A stretch of DNA of 64,000 nucleotides from Squalus acanthias (lineage: Eukaryota). This document shows, piece by piece, positions 62,606-64,000 of this stretch. A program made the position numbers and the translations under genes. Below the pieces are notes generated by a model, which was given only the letters and a program-made list of their open reading frames with translations, made no database searches and was not told the DNA's origin. Position 1 is the stretch's first letter, and the number at the start of each line of letters is the position of its first letter. Where the stretch lies: the NCBI GenBank assembly GCA_030390025.1, contig CM059432.1, positions 26,042,001 through 26,106,000 of the forward strand. Direction: 5' to 3'.

Positions 62606-64000
62606 GGGGGAAAAAAATTCATCCCCATAGCGCCTCCTGTTAGGGATGGGGCGCTAGAGCAGTATCACCAGGGCGAGGCGAATCCAGCACCACACGCCAA
62701 ATCCGGCCCCACCGTAGTGCCGCCGGTAAGAGGTATCACCACGATCGTCAATGCCAGTGAGTCTGCAATGCTCACTGACTGCCCGATTTGCTAAATTGAT
62801 TGTCGCCACCTACCTCAGCGCCTGGAGTAAACACCAATAGGGAGAGCTGGCATGCAGCACTAGGAAGCCTGCTCCAGGGACGTTATTTAAATGGATCATC
62901 AGTAATCACTCGCAGCTGTCAGGTTCGTGCAGTTTCAGCGGTTTCTTGTCAATTTCACCCACTGCAACAGGTTAATTCAGTATTTTGAAGGTTCTTTTTG
63001 ATCAGGAGTCTTCTGGCAACTAAAAAGTAGTTAAATTTATTCTTCAAAGATTCAAACGGCTACACTTGGTGGTGGCTGTACTGGCATGCCACCTCGCCCT
63101 CCAGGATCTACAGCGGAGGGAGTGTAGGCAGCCAGAAATACAGGAACATGTGCCGCAGAGAGATGAGGAGGGACATCGGGGCTCTCAGCAGGAGGCCTTA
63201 CCCTCTGAGGGTATTCCGAGAGCACTTCTACTTTCAATTAAGCGAGGAGCAGTGTATTAGATGGCTCCGCCTCACCAAGAAGGTGGTCACAGAACTCTGC
63301 CACCTCCTCCAAACAGACCTCCAGCCTCACACTAGGATGACTTAAAGCCCAGATCCCCTTTGCTCACCACATCCCCATCATTCCATCCCTCTTGCAGGCC
63401 GTATCACGCCGCAAAACTGAAATGACAGACACCACAAAAGAATGGTAAGTGAATTAATAAATTTATCAAAAATCAGTGAACACATATTTACAACAAAAAT
63501 ATTAACTATTCACCCATGTGCAATCCCTTAGTGCCTCTCGTTACTGTGCCTTTGTCTACTCTAGTGATCCTACAAAATGTTGGCCCAGTGGCTGCAGCAC
63601 GGCTGGTGGAAGGCTGTTGAGTGTCCGTGCGAGAGACTTCAGATGGCCTTGCAGGACGTCCTCGACCAGTTCTGGACCTGGAAGGCCTGGCTGTAGGCTG
63701 CACCACCTCAGCATGGGCAGCAGCAGTCTGGGCTGGCTGGATGATAGGCAGTGACAAAGGCAATGGAGGAGTGGCAGTGGTGGGAGCAGGAACGCTGTCA
63801 TCCTGAGAGAGGACAGCAGGTTCCTGCTCCACTGACCCACTGCCACTCGCCCAGGGCAGCACCTCAGCATTCCTAGCAATCTGTTGGAGCACAGATTGCT
63901 GGCCTGCTGTGACACCGTAAAAGTCCCGGTCAACAGTGGTAGACCCAGCCACAATGACAGCAGTCAGCGCTTGCGTGGAATCACACTGAGACTGCGTGAG
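62606..64000. mobile_element. Harbinger element running off the window: left TIR, truncated transposase N-terminus (+) and convergent Myb/SANT gene 3' end (-)
   Basis: Terminus gggggaaaaaaattc. ALSRRPYPLRVFREHFYFQLSEEQCIRWLRLTKKVVTELCHLLQTDL (~63150-63340) stops before the DDE core. A P/T/A-rich minus-strand ORF lies at 63506-64000. Confidence 0.8.

Overview
Eukaryotic, repeat-dense DNA. The CR1/HER1-type LINEs, HE1/V-SINE-type and Deu-type SINEs and Penelope tails point to a cartilaginous fish (shark or ray); this is inferred from recalled repeat families. The window lies inside a minus-strand KHDRBS (Sam68/SLM, most likely KHDRBS3) gene. Two phase-compatible Tyr-rich coding exons (50761-50843, 83 nt; 3898-3956, 59 nt) are separated by a 46.8-kb intron. 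Most of the rest is intronic TE sequence: many CR1 LINEs (several nested, the long ones mostly antisense to the host gene), an L2 split by a young RTE, CR1-Zenon-like LINEs, several PIF/Harbinger elements (transposase remnants, intron-containing Myb/SANT genes, TIR-bounded MITEs) and SINEs. The most notable observation is a single-ORF CR1-Zenon-like LINE (5912-9145). It begins with a tRNA-type Pol III A/B-box head and has no TTTT anywhere on its 3.2-kb sense strand. A second copy shows the same head-to-ORF junction, and an internally deleted SINE derivative is also present. Together these suggest a Pol III-transcribed autonomous LINE. Also notable are a Penelope-type minimal hammerhead ribozyme, a TIR/TSD-complete Harbinger carrying only its Myb/SANT gene, and a CR1 with a doubled, A-to-G-shifted 3' tail. 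TE boundaries were read by eye and are approximate. Most short ORFs in the supplied track are TE-derived or spurious.
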